Source: Octopus bimaculoides | Lineage: Eukaryota | Direction: 5' to 3' | Length of the DNA stretch: 64,000 nt | Assembly: GCF_001194135.2 (NCBI RefSeq) | Contig: NC_068984.1 | Span: forward strand, 118,984,285-119,048,284 | Shown here: positions 1 through 13,639 of the stretch, piece after piece | How the letters are laid out: each line of letters starts with the position of its first letter | How positions within the stretch are numbered: position 1 is the stretch's first letter | The notes under the pieces: generated by a model | Database searches by the model: none | Told to the model about the DNA's origin: nothing | The model's input: the letters and a program-made list of their open reading frames with translations, nothing else | Position numbers and translations under genes: made by a program

Positions 1-240
1 CCCACCCCGTGCAGACCAGCGTCCTCTCTCCATGCCACCAATGTTATCCAAGGGAAAGGCAAAGGCCGATACAGTTTGGCAACAGTGACATCACAGCTCA
101 TTTCTACAGCTGAGTGAACTGGAGCAACATGAAATAAATTGTCTTGCTCAACAACACAACACACAACCCAGTCCAGGAATCGAACTCACTACTTCATGAT
201 TGCGAGCCCAATGCTCTAACCACTGAGCTATGTGCCTACA
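1..240 (-). mobile_element. tRNA-derived SINE, family D (other copies ~1440-1590 -, ~3632-3870 +)
   Basis: Minus-strand head with A box TAGCTCAGTGG and B box GTTCGATTCC; body homologous among the three copies. Confidence 0.8.
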
Positions 241-723
241 TCTTAAAGGTTTAAATGAAGACTGGAATTTGTGGTTTTATTTTAATGTAATTTTAATACT
301 TCTATGTATGTATTTCTCGTTTAAAATAAAGCATCAGCACACAGACAACTGATAGCCAAAATACGCTTCAAGAGAACATGGTTTGGATTATAACCCATCT
401 ATATATTATGTTTTTATCTCTATAGATCAGTCATTCTGGTTATCATTGCTTGGTGCTAATAGTTGGTCAGTTAACATGGTATTCGGTTGTAACTCACAAC
501 TTTTCTCTCTCCTCTTTCTTTGATATTGTATAGAACGGCAAGTCAGATACGAACTAAAAGAAGAGAATCTATCAGTCTATAACCACAGGCTGACACAAAC
601 TGTATGAGGGGCATGGGGAGCAAAACACAGTGTCAGATCAAATCACTTGCCAGACAAGTACATCTCCAAAAACCATTAGTGAACTTCCGAGAAATATTTA
701 CAGATACAATTCTTCTCCTATAG

Positions 724-1380
724 CAGTGGTTCCCAAACTTTTTAGAGACGCGACCCACTATTTATGACACCAGTTTATGGCGACCCACTTAACTCTACCG
801 TTTATCAGATAGACTCTATTGATCCATCTACCATCTAGCTGCTGTCTATTCCAATCATTTCATTGGCTAATTAATAGCCTCCTGGTGATCACTCCTATAC
901 TTTTTTGAATAATTTATAAACTTATTAGTGAAATCCATACTGTCTTATTTATTTAAATTTTTACTATTTATATTAAATGTGAAACAAAACGTTTTATAAC
1001 TGTTTCAATGTCTCCATACCCTATGGGCAGGTGTAAACTCTAATACAAAACCTCGAAGTAGTAACTGTTATCGGCTCGATCAGTATTGTACTGCGCCTAG
1101 TTAAAGTTCTCCATAAATAGGTAAAAACAGACTTTTCCTTTTTACGATTACGTACGAATAAATAACTTGAGAAAATAACCACCTCTGATTTGTTAAGTTC
1201 ATGAAAAAAGCCTACTGCTTGATAAAACAACCAGTCTGGTATTGAAAACATGAGTCTTGAACTATCTCGGTAGACAGCAGTTAATCAAAGCTAATGCGTA
1301 ATTTTATAACTTTTTGCGACCCACTAGGATTCCGTTCATGACCCATCAGTGGGTCGCGACTCATAGTTTGGGAACCACTG
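724..1380. mobile_element. hAT-family non-autonomous element (MITE), 657 bp
   Basis: Perfect 16-bp TIRs CAGTGGTTCCCAAACT; perfect 8-bp TSD TCCTATAG (716-723 and 1381-1388); subterminal GCGACCCAC motifs at both ends. Confidence 0.95.
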
Positions 1381-2100
1381 TCCTATAGTATATATTCTGT
1401 TATTCTCTCTACTACCACACTCTCATAATTAAAAATCTGTTCTTCATTCACAGCTGAGTGAACTGGAACAATATGAAGTGAAGTGTTTTGCTCAAGAACA
1501 CAATGTGCCACTTGGTCTAAGAATCGAAAACACCGTCTTGTGACCATGAATGCAGCTCGCTAACCACAAGGCTACATGCCTTCACAACCAGAGGTTATGC
1601 CTTGTGTTTATATAAGAACTTTCAGCCTTCATCTTTTGGCAATTTCATTATTTCTTAAGTCACATACTTAGCATATGTAAATAAAACAAATTATACACTA
1701 TGTATATTATAAAAATGTTTGGTGTTATTAAAGACATTGTTGAAGATAATTCTTTCTTCTCAATTTGTTATTACAATTGATTATTCACTATATTTATCAT
1801 AATACAATCTCAACACCCTTGCCATTTGTGTTATGGAGAATTTATATCAGCCTTGCTTTATGCTACTTAGCAATCTATCTGCATGGTAAAGTTTCATCAC
1901 ATCATCACATCATCATTTTGTAAAACAGGTGGAGGTTTCATATAAATACCACAGAGCTTTTCTTTTATTTAAGGAACTGAAATTAGGTGTCTAGGTGTAC
2001 GATTGAGCAGCTTAGCTTTGCTATGTTACTGTGTCTCTAAGTATATTTCATGGTAGCTGGTTGTAGGACATACTGATAGAATGTTGTATATTTGTTACAG

Positions 2101-2153
2101 AAAATATGTCACATGCACAACAACAATTGTCATCTGTATTAGAGAAATTGCAG
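2101..2153 (+). CDS. Candidate exon of an unidentified plus-strand gene: (E)NMSHAQQQLSSVLEKLQ
   Basis: tatttgttacag acceptor, CAG|gtatgg donor, open frame with helical character. No homolog recognised. Confidence 0.4.
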
Positions 2154-2264
2154 GTATGGTGCCTTTGTAGTTAAGTGTGGCTTGTAGCAGTATGAGAAGC
2201 TACTGATATTAATTAAACAATGCAGTAGCGAAAAATATCAAAAGCTGTCAGAACAGCAACTGTC

Positions 2265-2454
2265 ATGATCATCATCACCACCACCACCACCACCTTCACC
2301 ACCACCACCTTCACCACCACCTTCACCACCACCACCATCATTTTTATCATCATCATCGCCGTTGTCATTGTCATCATCATCACCACTACCATCATCGTCG
2401 TTGTCATTGTTGCCATCATCATCACCACTACCATCATCATCGTCATCATTGTTG

Positions 2455-2485
<31 letters not shown>

Positions 2486-2510
2486 TATCATCTTCAGCAA
2501 CAACATCATT
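2265..2510. repeat. Compound trinucleotide repeat (ACC/ATC/GTC), expanded tail of a minus-strand RTE 3' end (~2510-2720)
   Basis: Directly abuts the reverse complement of the RTE 3' terminus (ccatgctgg...tgcctttcctaatacca). Other copies end in (GAT)n. Confidence 0.8.
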
Positions 2511-2981
2511 CTCATCTTTTGATGCCCCACTTCCATGCTGGTATGATTTAAATGCTTTAACAGGATCCAACAGAACCAAGGATTCCTTCATGCTCCAGCA
2601 TCTGCTTTAGCATGATTACTAGGGTTGAATGCCTTTCCTAATACCAACTTCTCTACAGAGTGTTCTGGGTGCTTTTTTTCATGGCACCAACACAAATGAG
2701 GTCACCAAACAGCTTGCAAGACTAAGATCCCCTTCAAGTTCTTTTTCTTTTTTTTTAACCTTTTGCTTTTTTCTCTCTCTCCCCCCCCCACCCCCGCGAG
2801 TTGGGTTTTAATATTCTATCCTCTTAACAAATGAAGTGACAAAGATAAGTAAGCATTTAGATAGAAACAGTTTGCACATAAACTGATAAATGTTGTTATT
2901 GCTGCACCATTTAGTCAGAAAGAGTTTGTTTCATTTATTTATGTACGGACATTCAATGTACATTAATATTGACCATTATAG

Positions 2982-3362
2982 ACGCAAGCATGGCTATGTG
3001 GCTAGGAAGCTGCTTTTCACAATCATGTGGTTTTCAGTTCAGTCCCACCGGGTAACACCCTGAGCAGGTGTCTTCTACTATAGCCTTGGGCCAACCAATA
3101 CCTTGTGAGTGAATTTGATAGATGGAAACTGTGTGGAAAACGGTTGTACATGTATATCTGTGTGTGTGTGTGTTTATCCACTCATCACAACTTCACATCT
3201 GGTGTTGGTTTGTATACATTCCTCTAACTTGGCAGTTTGACAAAAGTGACCAATAAAATAAATATCAGACTTTAAACAAATTAAGTACTGAGGTTGATTT
3301 GTTCGACTAAAACCATTCAAGGTGGTGCCCGCAATGGCCACAATCCAATGACTGAAACAAGT
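2982..3362 (+). mobile_element. tRNA-derived SINE, family B (other copies ~6100-6260 -, 22607-22920 +, 24360-24560 -, 26950-27250 -, 29448-29762 -, 30230-30610 +, 50450-50637 -, 55270-55440 +, 61380-61515 -, 63780-63930 -)
   Basis: Shared head/body GGCTGTGTGGTAAG...GTTCAGTCCCAC...GTGTCTTCTACTATAGCC...CCTTGTGAGTGGATTTGG and tail ...CAAATGACTGAAACAAGTAAAAGA. Confidence 0.85.
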
Positions 3363-3914
3363 AAAAGATAAAAGATTTAAACTCCTATCTTTATAGTCGT
3401 TTGTCATGGTCATCATCTTATGCATCATAGGTTGTTCAAAATTTAATTCCATTCCTCACAAAAATGTTGTCATGTTGATAATCTATTTGCTACTTTTGTA
3501 CAATCACATTGAAAAGGCTGCATAAGAAGCTTTTATTTTGAGTCAAAAAACATTGTGGGCAACATTGATACCTGTCTCCTTAAAACTGCTCCTTCATATT
3601 CAGTCATACCTCACCATTTTCTATTCCTGAAAACATGTGGTCAAGTGGTTAGAGTGTTGCACTCATGATTGCAAGATCATAGTGTTTTGATTCCTGGACC
3701 AGGCAGTGCATTGTATTCTTGAGCAAAGCACTTCATTTCACATTGTCCTAGTCCACTCAGATGTAAATGAGTAACCCTGCGGCAATGGACTGACATCCCA
3801 TTTCAGAGGAACGTTGTGACATTGGTCTCTTATATGTCACGGAAACCAAGTAACTGGTCCTATAAACCCAAGGATTCAAGGCAGTAATATCTAGAGATCT
3901 TCTCAACTCAGGAT

Positions 3915-4110
3915 GTTCAGAATGTATAATCACTGGATGTCAGGCTTATTCAGATTAACTGGTACAAAGTGCTATTTTAGAAGATTTCTAGTGTTACAGT
4001 CAATAAAATCTAGGTTTGTTATGTTCCAATCCAGTGCTACACAACCATATGTTACGACTGGCTCTGCAACAATGTTAATGGCACAGATGGTATTTTTTGC
4101 TATGTAGATG
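3915..4110 (-). mobile_element. R4/Dong-like non-LTR retrotransposon fragment (post-RT region)
   Basis: Translates to NTICAINIVAEPVVTYGCVALDWNITNLDFIDCNTRNLL, paralogous to the 4480-4862 fragment. Confidence 0.55.
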
Positions 4111-4479
4111 AGTTAAAAAGCTATATATCTTTCTTTTTTTTTATCTTGTCAAAATATTCATTTTTCATTCTCCTTTACACAACCTTCACTCATACACACG
4201 TAGAGTTTTACTTTCATCTACGCCCAAATGATTATAGAAAGCAGAAGTGTCTGATCTTGTCTACTGTATTATCTCCCCTTCATGCAGTTCCAAGTCACTG
4301 TTTCATTGTGTTGCCATCCTTGTTACCTATTTCCAGCCAAAAGGACATAGAGAAATATAAATATCTCTGCTAGACTGCAAGACAATACTGATAAGTTTAG
4401 TCTTTCTTTTCTCTATAACATAAATTGGTTTTTAAATTTATTCTAGAATAACACTATGAATATTCCTATGAGGTTGGAA

Positions 4480-4860
4480 CTCAGACCTCTTCCACCTATT
4501 TTTCTTGGGAGATAAATCCTGTCTACATCTGATTTTGGATGGTGCATTTGGTACCTTGTAAGGATTCTACAGATCTTTCCATCCATATTCTGCATGTCAG
4601 TGAGACTCCACTTAATGACACCAAAGCTATATGTGGTTACTGGTATGGCCAAAGAATTGTCGCATTAATTGTTAGCAGCATTTCATTCTGAGTTTAGGAC
4701 CATTCTTACCCTTCAGTAGCATTCCTTGTGGATTTTCTCTTTCATTTTAGAGTGTTGGATTCCATCACCGTCATTGGTTCCCAGATATTTGTATACTTCG
4801 AATTGTTCTAGGTTTGGGATAGCTGTGGTAGTATCATGTTCTATGTTTTCAGCTTTTATG

Positions 4861-4862
<2 letters not shown>
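4480..4862 (-). mobile_element. R4/Dong-like non-LTR retrotransposon RT C-terminal fragment
   Basis: YKYLG...HSKMKEKIHKECY ... AIPVTTYSFGVIKW...HHPKSDVDRIYLPRKIGGRGL, with stops. Confidence 0.8.
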
Positions 4863-5059
<197 letters not shown>

Positions 5060-5893
5060 GGCAATGAAATGACATAATTTGTTAGTAATTTGGACAAAAC
5101 TCTTAGCAGCATTTCTTCTGATTCTTTATGCTCTGAATTCAAATTCCAGTGAAGTCAACTTTAGTTTTCACCTTTTCTGGGTCAATAGAATAAGTACCAT
5201 TAAGCACAGGGGTTGATGTAATCAACTAGACTCCCCCCTGCAAAGTTTCAGGCCTTGTGCCTATTCTAGAAAGAATTGTCATTATAATTTTTAAGGCCTG
5301 CAGGCAGAATTGTTAGTATGTCAGATAAGATACTTAGCGGAACTTCATTGATTTTTATGTTCTGAGTTCTAAAGCTGCTGAGGCTGACTTTGCTTTTATC
5401 TTTTTAGGGCTGGTAAAATATATACCAGTGAAGTACAGGAGTTGATGTAATCATTGTAACTTCCACTGGATTATTTGGATTATTCCATGGGATATGATAT
5501 TTATGTGCTGCCACTGTCTTTTCAGACATGAAATTGACTTGCAAACTTTTTGACATATTACATATGTTGAATCACCTGGTGTAGGAAGAAGGGCATAGCA
5601 TACAGTTCATCTTTCATGAGTCTTAAAATGGTAGAAATAGCCAGCCTTAGACTGGGGTACCCTGCCATATACTTCATTCATCCAGTGCTTTATGCCCTCA
5701 TCAAGGTTCTAATGACAGCCCTTCTGAAACCAATGTTTTAACCTTTTGCACATAAGGTGACCCTCTTCAAAAGTTTCCTAACTTCCCAACCTTCTACACA
5801 GCTCTTTCCAAAGCTAGTTCTTCCCAGTTATTTACATCAATTTGCAGTTACTTCAAGTTGTCTTTTATGCAGTCTTCATACTTTTTCTTGGTT

Positions 5894-5943
<50 letters not shown>

Positions 5944-6047
5944 NNNNNNNNNNNNNNNNNNNNNNNNNNNNNNNNNNNNNNNNNNNNNNNNNNNNNNNNN
6001 NNNNNNNNNNNNNNNNNNNNNNNNNNNNNNNNNNNNNNNNNNNNNNN

Positions 6048-6098
<51 letters not shown>

Positions 6099-6811
6099 AT
6101 GCATATATATGATGGGCTTTTTTCAGTTTCTGTCAATCAAATCTACTCACAAGGCTTTGACTGGCCTGGTGTTATTGCAGAAGAAGCTTGCCAAAGTGAG
6201 TGCCATGTACTAGGACTGAATCTGAAACCACAAGATAACATAGCAAACTTCTTACACACACAGCCATTTCCTGCTCCATGTTGTCTCAAAAAGAAAGAGG
6301 ATTATGGCCATGTTTTTTTTTTAGCTGCCATAATGTTTTTAAGTTCAACACCTAATTCTGTGAAATTCTTCAACTTTTTAGCTTGCTCCTGCATAACATT
6401 TCAGTTATTTAATATTACTATGTCAGTTATTAATACACTATTGTCTTCTTTATCATGAAAAATGATGTCAGGCTTATATGCTATCTGGAAGTGTGTCTGT
6501 ATGCTAAACTACCACAGTAGAATTGTTATTGTTGGGTCATCTATCTATATGTAAAAAAAATTTCTCTGTAGAAATGTTACTCACCTATTTATTACTGTTA
6601 TTAGTAGTATCAATTAATACTGTTGTATCACAAAAAAACTGTGTTTCTGTTTTTACTTGAGCAACATTTCTAGAATAGCATGTTAAGAATATTCTTTAGT
6701 AACAAACAATTTAGGCTTTGTGTGTACAAAAAATATGTATGCTAGCATATTAAGACATTTCATATGAGAAGAGTCCAGCTTCTCAACTGATTACTAGAAG
6801 AATAAGAATTA

Positions 6812-8467
6812 TCTTCTATAATAGTAAATGCAAAATTTTGTCTGTCCCTCTCTCCGGGACCCCTGTATTTCCATCTATGTTTGTTCTACATAGACATATA
6901 ATATTTTTTTGAATCAGGATGATCCTGGTATTGTAAATTTGCCCTTCATTTGGTTCATGAACATCTAGCATTGGGATCAGGACTGAATGAGGATTTGTTA
7001 TATGTTAACAGTTGAAAATTCAAATTTTAAAAGAACTCCAAAAATTTGTGAATTTAAAAGTTTTTCATTTAAACTGAATTTCAAGTAATACCATATTGGT
7101 ATGGTACTAATAAGTTCTTTATTATTATTGCTCTCCTTAGTTTGGGGCAGCAGGCTCAGTTAGCCCTCAGCAGGAGCTAGCTTATAGTTATATCATCTAA
7201 TGTTCCATTCCAATTTAAACAGTTACAGTTTCCTATTTGAGTTTCTTTTGCCATGAGCATTAATAAAAGTCAGGGCCAAATGCTAAAAGTTGATGGATTG
7301 CAACTTGAACAACCATGCTTTTCTCATGGCCAACTTTATGTAGGAGCATCATGTGTGGGAGCAAAAACAAATCTTTTTGCTTATGCACCCCGAAATAAAA
7401 CACAAAACATTGTTTATAAAGAATATGTTCACTCTTAGTGCAACATGAATACTTCAATAACTTGATTTGCCATTACTATCATTATATTCAAGAATGAGTA
7501 AATTACCTATTTAAATGAACTGTATTATATAAGTGCCATTGCTGTATTGATAAATAAAATAACACATACAACTCATTATTATCATATAATAAACAAACAT
7601 AAATTCATTTGTGAAATTGATCTTTTTTCTACTTCAATTATTATATGAGATTGAGGCTTCAAAAGATCAATCAGCTGAACTATTTGCAGAGCAGCTTTTG
7701 AAACTTGGTGAAGGGTGAGTTCCAACTGATAAAGGATAGTTTTTCTACACTCAATCCAATATGTAATTCAATTGATTCCATCAATGATTTGGTGGATGAA
7801 GTCTTTCCTAATCTTCTTCATAATTACAACAATACAGATTGGATCTCTGAGTAAGCTATCCTGGCTCCAAAAAATGTTGCTGTACATAGTATTAATAATA
7901 TGCTATTGAATAAACTTCTGGGAGAAGTATTCATTTATAATTCAATTGGCAGTGTTATTGATGATCAGGATATTGTTAACTACCCCCATTGAATTTTTTA
8001 ACTCACTAGAAGCACCAGGTACAGCCCCTTATTGTCTTCAGCTGAAAAAATGGACTCCTATTATGCTATTACATAATTTGTCTCAACCAAAATTATGCAA
8101 TGGCACAAGATTAATTGTGCACAAACTCATGAGGAACTGCATTGAGGCAAATATTCTCACTGGTTGTGGTAAAGGTGAGACCATCTTCATTCCTTGCATA
8201 CCAGTTATACCATCTAATGTCCCATTCCAATTTAAACAGTTATTTTCCTATCCAACTTTCTTTTGCCATGAGCATTAATAAAAGCCAGGGCCAAATGCTA
8301 AAAGTTGCTGGATTGCAACTTCAAGAACCATGCTTTTCTCATGGCCAACTTTATGTAGGAGCATCACATGTGGGAGCAAAAGCAAATCTTTTTGCTTATG
8401 CACCCCAAAATAAAACAAAAAACATTATTTATAAAGAAATAGATGTGCTTCAAGAGGAAACAGCTAG
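6812..8467 (+). mobile_element. Degraded Helitron with PIF1-type helicase C-terminal fragments (7190-7440 and ~7640-8445)
   Basis: ILAPKNVAV...[14 protein letters not shown]...[20 protein letters not shown]...[18 protein letters not shown]...FSHGQLYVGAS, with frameshifts. The last ~250 bp are present twice. Candidate A|TC 5' end at 6812 and CTAG at 8464-8467 (ends less certain). Confidence 0.85.
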
Positions 8468-9963
8468 AATGATGATAATAATATAGTAAAGGCAGTGGTG
8501 GTGGTGGTGGTGATGGTGGTGTTAATTCCACTCCCCCAGATGAAGAGGATTAGCTGATTAGACTGCAAGGGCCCAGTTTTGGTGCCACATAATAGCACCC
8601 ATGCTGGTATTATGTAAAAGCACTCAGCACACTCTGTAAAGTAGTTAGTGTTAAGAAGGGCATCCAACTGTAGAAACTAAGCCAAATCAGACTGGAGTCT
8701 GGTGTAGCTCTCCTGCTGGCCATGTCTGATGAAACTATCCAACCATGCCAACATAGAAAATGGGCATTAAATATAGATGCTGATTTAATGTATACAAAGT
8801 GTACACTTTCAATGTCTTTGGCTTTTCAACCAAATGGATATTGTAGATATGGATGATGTATTTAACCACGAAGTTTAAATGTAGCTTGTTAACACACTGG
8901 AATCTACAATGTTTGGCATTTGTCAGACTTCAGATACTTATAAAGACATTTGCCTATTAACTTACAACATTATGCTCATGAGCTGAATACACCTAACCAC
9001 TAAGCCTTTTGTCCTTTTAGGGTTGGTAAGATAGGTACCAGTTGAACACAGGGGTCAATGTAACCAACTAACCCCACTCACACTAAAATTGCTGGCCTTG
9101 TGCCAAAATTTGAAGCCATTATTATAATCATTGTAAGGTAATAAGTTGTTAGAAATGGTACAGTGCCAGGCTAAATGCTGTACAGTCAAAACAATAATGT
9201 TCTTAGTCTCAGCTGTCTGTCCAAGATGAAGCGTCTACTTAGAAGTTTATTCACTAGCTCATCAACAAATTCTGTTTACCCATTTACTAAATCATTTCTT
9301 AGACACATCCCCATGGTTTACACAACTAATTTACCTGGCTAGGATATTTTTATTGATTATATTCTGAACTTATATTGTCATTGATTTTCCTATTTAAAGA
9401 TATGTATTGTTAATAAAGAATATTTTTTTGTACCTTATAAAACCACCCAGTAAAGTAGAAGTTTCTATGTGGCTGTTTAATTTGCTAGAAACAGCAACCA
9501 AATGGCTCTTGAAACTCACCTTACCATCTTAAATAAAGAATACATTGGATAATGTAGACCTTGATATACATACAAAATGATGGAATGGTCAAAACTGGAA
9601 TGTCTTTAAGCATATAGATATGTTTTACTGTTTACTCAAGGAGGAAAGGGTATATATATGACTCTTTTTTTCTAGGTCCCTGGCACTGATTGGAGCAAGA
9701 GAGAAAGTTATTCTCAAACTGGAGGTGTGGCCTGAGGGCTTGCAGAAGAGAGGACTCACTCATGCTGGTGCTATGAAAATTCCCAGTACACTCTGTAAAG
9801 TGGTTGGCATTAGGAAGGGCATCAAGCTATAGAAACTATGCCAAAACAGACATTGGCGCATGATGCAGTTCTCTAATCCATCAGATCCTGTTAAATCATC
9901 CAGCCCCTGGCAGCATGGAAGACAGAGATCAAAAATGATGATGATGATGATGATGATATATAT

Positions 9964-10004
<41 letters not shown>

Positions 10005-10005
<1 letters not shown>

Positions 10006-10980
10006 TGGGTCATCCCATAAATAATGTGCTTTTTTATACTTCTTTTATTTTTCAAAATTAAGATAAACAAAGTTCTTTTTTTAATTTAAAATCTCTCCTT
10101 CATTTTCTACACTACAATGCTCTTCCATCTATTTGGTAGACTTGCAAGGCCCCTCTTCCAAAATTCATTTGTCCATGACAAAAAGTACTCCACCAGTACT
10201 CTTCTGACCTCATCTCCAGAATTCATACTTTTCCTATCCAAATGATTTTGAAGACTGTGGAATAAATAATAATTAGATGGGACAATGTCTGGTGAATATG
10301 GTGAGTGGGACATCATTTCCCACTGCTTTAGCCTTTGTAATGCCATCCTTGCTGTATGTGGCCAAGCATTATCCTGAAAACAAATATGGTTGCTTTTCTT
10401 CTAGTGCTGACTTAAGCTGCTCAAGCTGCTCACAATAGATCTGTTATCGTTTGGTTTGGGTTTAAAAGTTGAAAGTGACTAAACCTTTCATATCCCACCA
10501 AACAGATAATAACACCTTACATGGGTGAAGACCTTTAGCCAGTGTTTCTCCTCTCCCTACCCACTGTCTTCAGTGCTTGACATTTTTATAGAGAACCCAT
10601 TTCTTGTCACCAATCATTATTTGGTCCCAAAAAGGTTCATTCATGAGACAAAGAAAAGCACACATTCACTCTCTGCACGTGATTAGACTTGGAAAGTTTG
10701 TGAGGAACCCATTGACTTGAATGGTTGAATGAACAAATCCAAGCTTCTCTGCTAATTCCTCAACAGTTGTGATGGGATTTTGTTCCACCAGAGTTTGCAG
10801 GACATCCTTGTTGAGCTCTACAGATTTCCAGGACAAGGCTCATCTTCTAGACTGTAGTTTCTGACTCGAAATTTCTGGAACCACTGTTGACACTGACTTA
10901 TGCTTATTGTTCGATCTCCATATACTGCATTAATATTCCTTTCTAGGTGCGATCCCATAGTCATCCATGACTGAAGGGGA
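10005..10980 (-). mobile_element. Degraded mariner transposon, truncated at the transposase 5' side
   Basis: TA|TTGGGTCATCCCATAAATAATG terminus. C-terminus HSPYSPDIVPSNYYLF (third catalytic D to N). N-terminal region ARNINAVYGDRTISISQCQQWFQKFR...LEDEPCPG at ~10830-10950. Confidence 0.88.
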
Positions 10981-10984
10981 TCTT

Positions 10985-11395
10985 TACCAAATATCTCAGT
11001 CCTTTGTTATCTCCTCAGGACACTGAGCTTTACAGAGATGACAAAGGACTGAGATATTTGGTACCTTGCTGTACTCAAGAAGACCTGTCCACCACAGCAG
11101 AATTATTAATGCCATACCCACTGCTGAAGAGGATTGGCTTGTAAGAGCCCTGCACTGGTGCCACGTAAAACCACCTGTGCTAACACCATGTAAAAAGTTC
11201 CCTTGTTGGTGCCACATAATAGCACCCATGCCAGCACCATGTAGAAGCAGTCATGCTGGTGCTACATAAAAATCACTTTGTTCACTCTCTAAAGCGGTTG
11301 GCATTAGGAAGGGCATCCAGCAGGCCAGCTCTGCTCAAACCATCCAGTGATTGCTAGCATGGAAAACAGATGCTAAATGATAAGGATGATGACGA
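10985..11395 (+). mobile_element. 5'-truncated RTE-clade LINE 3' end with a 29-bp 5' fold-back
   Basis: ORF end LRTLSFTEMTKD*DIWYLAVLKKT, then the family 3'UTR (GGTTGGCATTAGGAAGGGCATCCAG...AAATGAT). Confidence 0.7.
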
Positions 11396-13283
11396 TAATT
11401 ATGATTTAATGTATACAAAGTGTACATTTTCAATGACCTTGACTCCTCAACCAATTGAACTCAGCAAGTATGGATGATTTATGTAACTGTGCAGTGTAAA
11501 TGTAGTTTGTTAACACACTGGAATCTGCAATTTTTAGTATTTATTGTATTTCAGATGTATTATAAAGATATTTGCCTATTAATGCAACATGTGCACACAA
11601 GTAGGTTAAACAGAATTGATCAGGAGATGACCTCAAAATAGTGTGTTGCATTGCCATACATGTTCATAGATGTGTGTGTGTGTGTGTGTGTGAGTATGTG
11701 TATGAGTGTGTATGTGTATATCAGCAGCAGCAGCACAACCACTACTACATCCCTGCAACCACCACCACCACCACCACCACAACCGCCTTTACTACATTAT
11801 TATCATCATCAACAACTTCATACCACCTTCACCCCTGCCACTACCACTGTCTGCTACCCCCACCTCCGTCATCATCATTTTACAATAATTTTTCCACTCT
11901 AGTATGGACTGATATACACACACACACATACACGCTTGCACACACACATGAACATACACACACAAGTGCATGCTCACACATGCACATGCACACACGCATG
12001 CACACACACACACGCACACACACACGCACACACACAAAAAATACTTCTTTGTTCCCCATCAACACAAAACCACAAACTATACTTCACACAATCAATATAT
12101 CATACAAATTGCAGTGTAAACGTGAAAGTTGTAAACTTCATGACTCAAACTGTTTCCTTCTACTCAGAAATAAAGTGAAATACTTTCTTACCATTTGCTT
12201 TTCCTTCATTCAGTTCTATTCACTTCATGCCTTAAGAGTCCATGCAGACACCTCATCATCACTATTTTGATCTCCTCTCTGCTCTCAGATCACCCCCACT
12301 CCACCCTGATCACTCCTCCTCTACTCCGCCCTGATCACCCCTCTCTTCTAAAATATGAGTAGCCCTGTAGCCCCACTGTAGCAAGAAACCTGTTCTGCCC
12401 TGACTCTTTTTCTCATCTCCTGGCATAAATTGTTGCTATTGGGATTTGTAGTCTTGTAAGAAAGATGGCAACTTCACTAGTGCTGGTGGCATGAAAAATG
12501 CACCCAGTATATGCTGTAAAGCAGTTGCTTTAGGGAGGGCATCAAGCCACAGAAATCATACAAATGTAGACAGTGGAGCATAAGCAGCCTTGGGACCTGT
12601 CAGATCCTATCAAACAATCCAACCCACACCAGCACAGAACATTGAATTTAAATGATGACACCATCTGATGACAAAATACTACATTGGCCAGACAACCAAT
12701 AACTTTAAAGGAAGGTATACTTGTTTCTATGCACCCATGAAACTCCTTCAGGTGCAGGGGAGAGGAAAACTCTACTTCCTTGTTTCATTTAATCTAGAAA
12801 CTATGACCATTGAAGTGACTTCCCCAATATGAAATGAAATATTTTTGACAGGGCCTCCTTACTCACCTGGAGTTTGCTATTGCCAACTGAGTTTCTGTGA
12901 GAAATTACACATACTTTACCCACAGGAAGAATGAGCTATTTTCTTCTTGCCCCTTGAGGTACTTCCTGTTAATGAAATTTTAGCCTCTGGCTACTGACAA
13001 CCCAGATATACCACCCTAGGCCTAGCTGACCCACAAACAAGGACAGGTATTTGATATCAATTGCCTATATAGATCCACTCGTGTTGATCATGTAACCTCA
13101 ATTGTAAATCAGGGCGATTTGAACATCTGATATGATGGATGTTCCGATGCACCTATGAAATGTTGAGTCAAACCATTATTAAATACATGCAACTCCAACT
13201 AAATGTTTAGTGCTATTTGCTTTCATTTATCCACAAACAAAGCATGTATGTGCGCATGCACGTGTGTGTGTGTGTGTGAGTGT

Positions 13284-13347
<64 letters not shown>

Positions 13348-13639
13348 AAGGATATATGCTTTCATTGCAACGTAGCAGACTTTCATATATTATTTATATG
13401 TATATTTACGAGAAATAAAACAGTTACAACAATAATGCAAACAGTTTTTATGTAAATAAAGCTAAGATTAATCTGTCTACCTATCTATATATCAAGCTAT
13501 CTATCTATTCCTTCTTAGAGCCTTCTATCTACGAATTTATCTACTGTGATATATATGTATTCAACTCACATATATATGTATTCAAATTTATTCAAATTTT
13601 ATTTTGCCTTCGTATGCATGTACAAAACCACTCTTTATC

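Noticed and set aside
165-240. tRNA gene
   Set aside because: A/B boxes are present, but the sequence continues into a multi-copy SINE body and I could not see a full cloverleaf.
2213-2610. Poly-D/G, poly-M, poly-S and poly-T ORFs (also 4713-5075)
   Set aside because: These are translations of trinucleotide microsatellites open in several frames on both strands.
7946-8486. Cellular PIF1 gene
   Set aside because: Intronless, frameshifted and partly duplicated, with Helitron-type motifs and termini.
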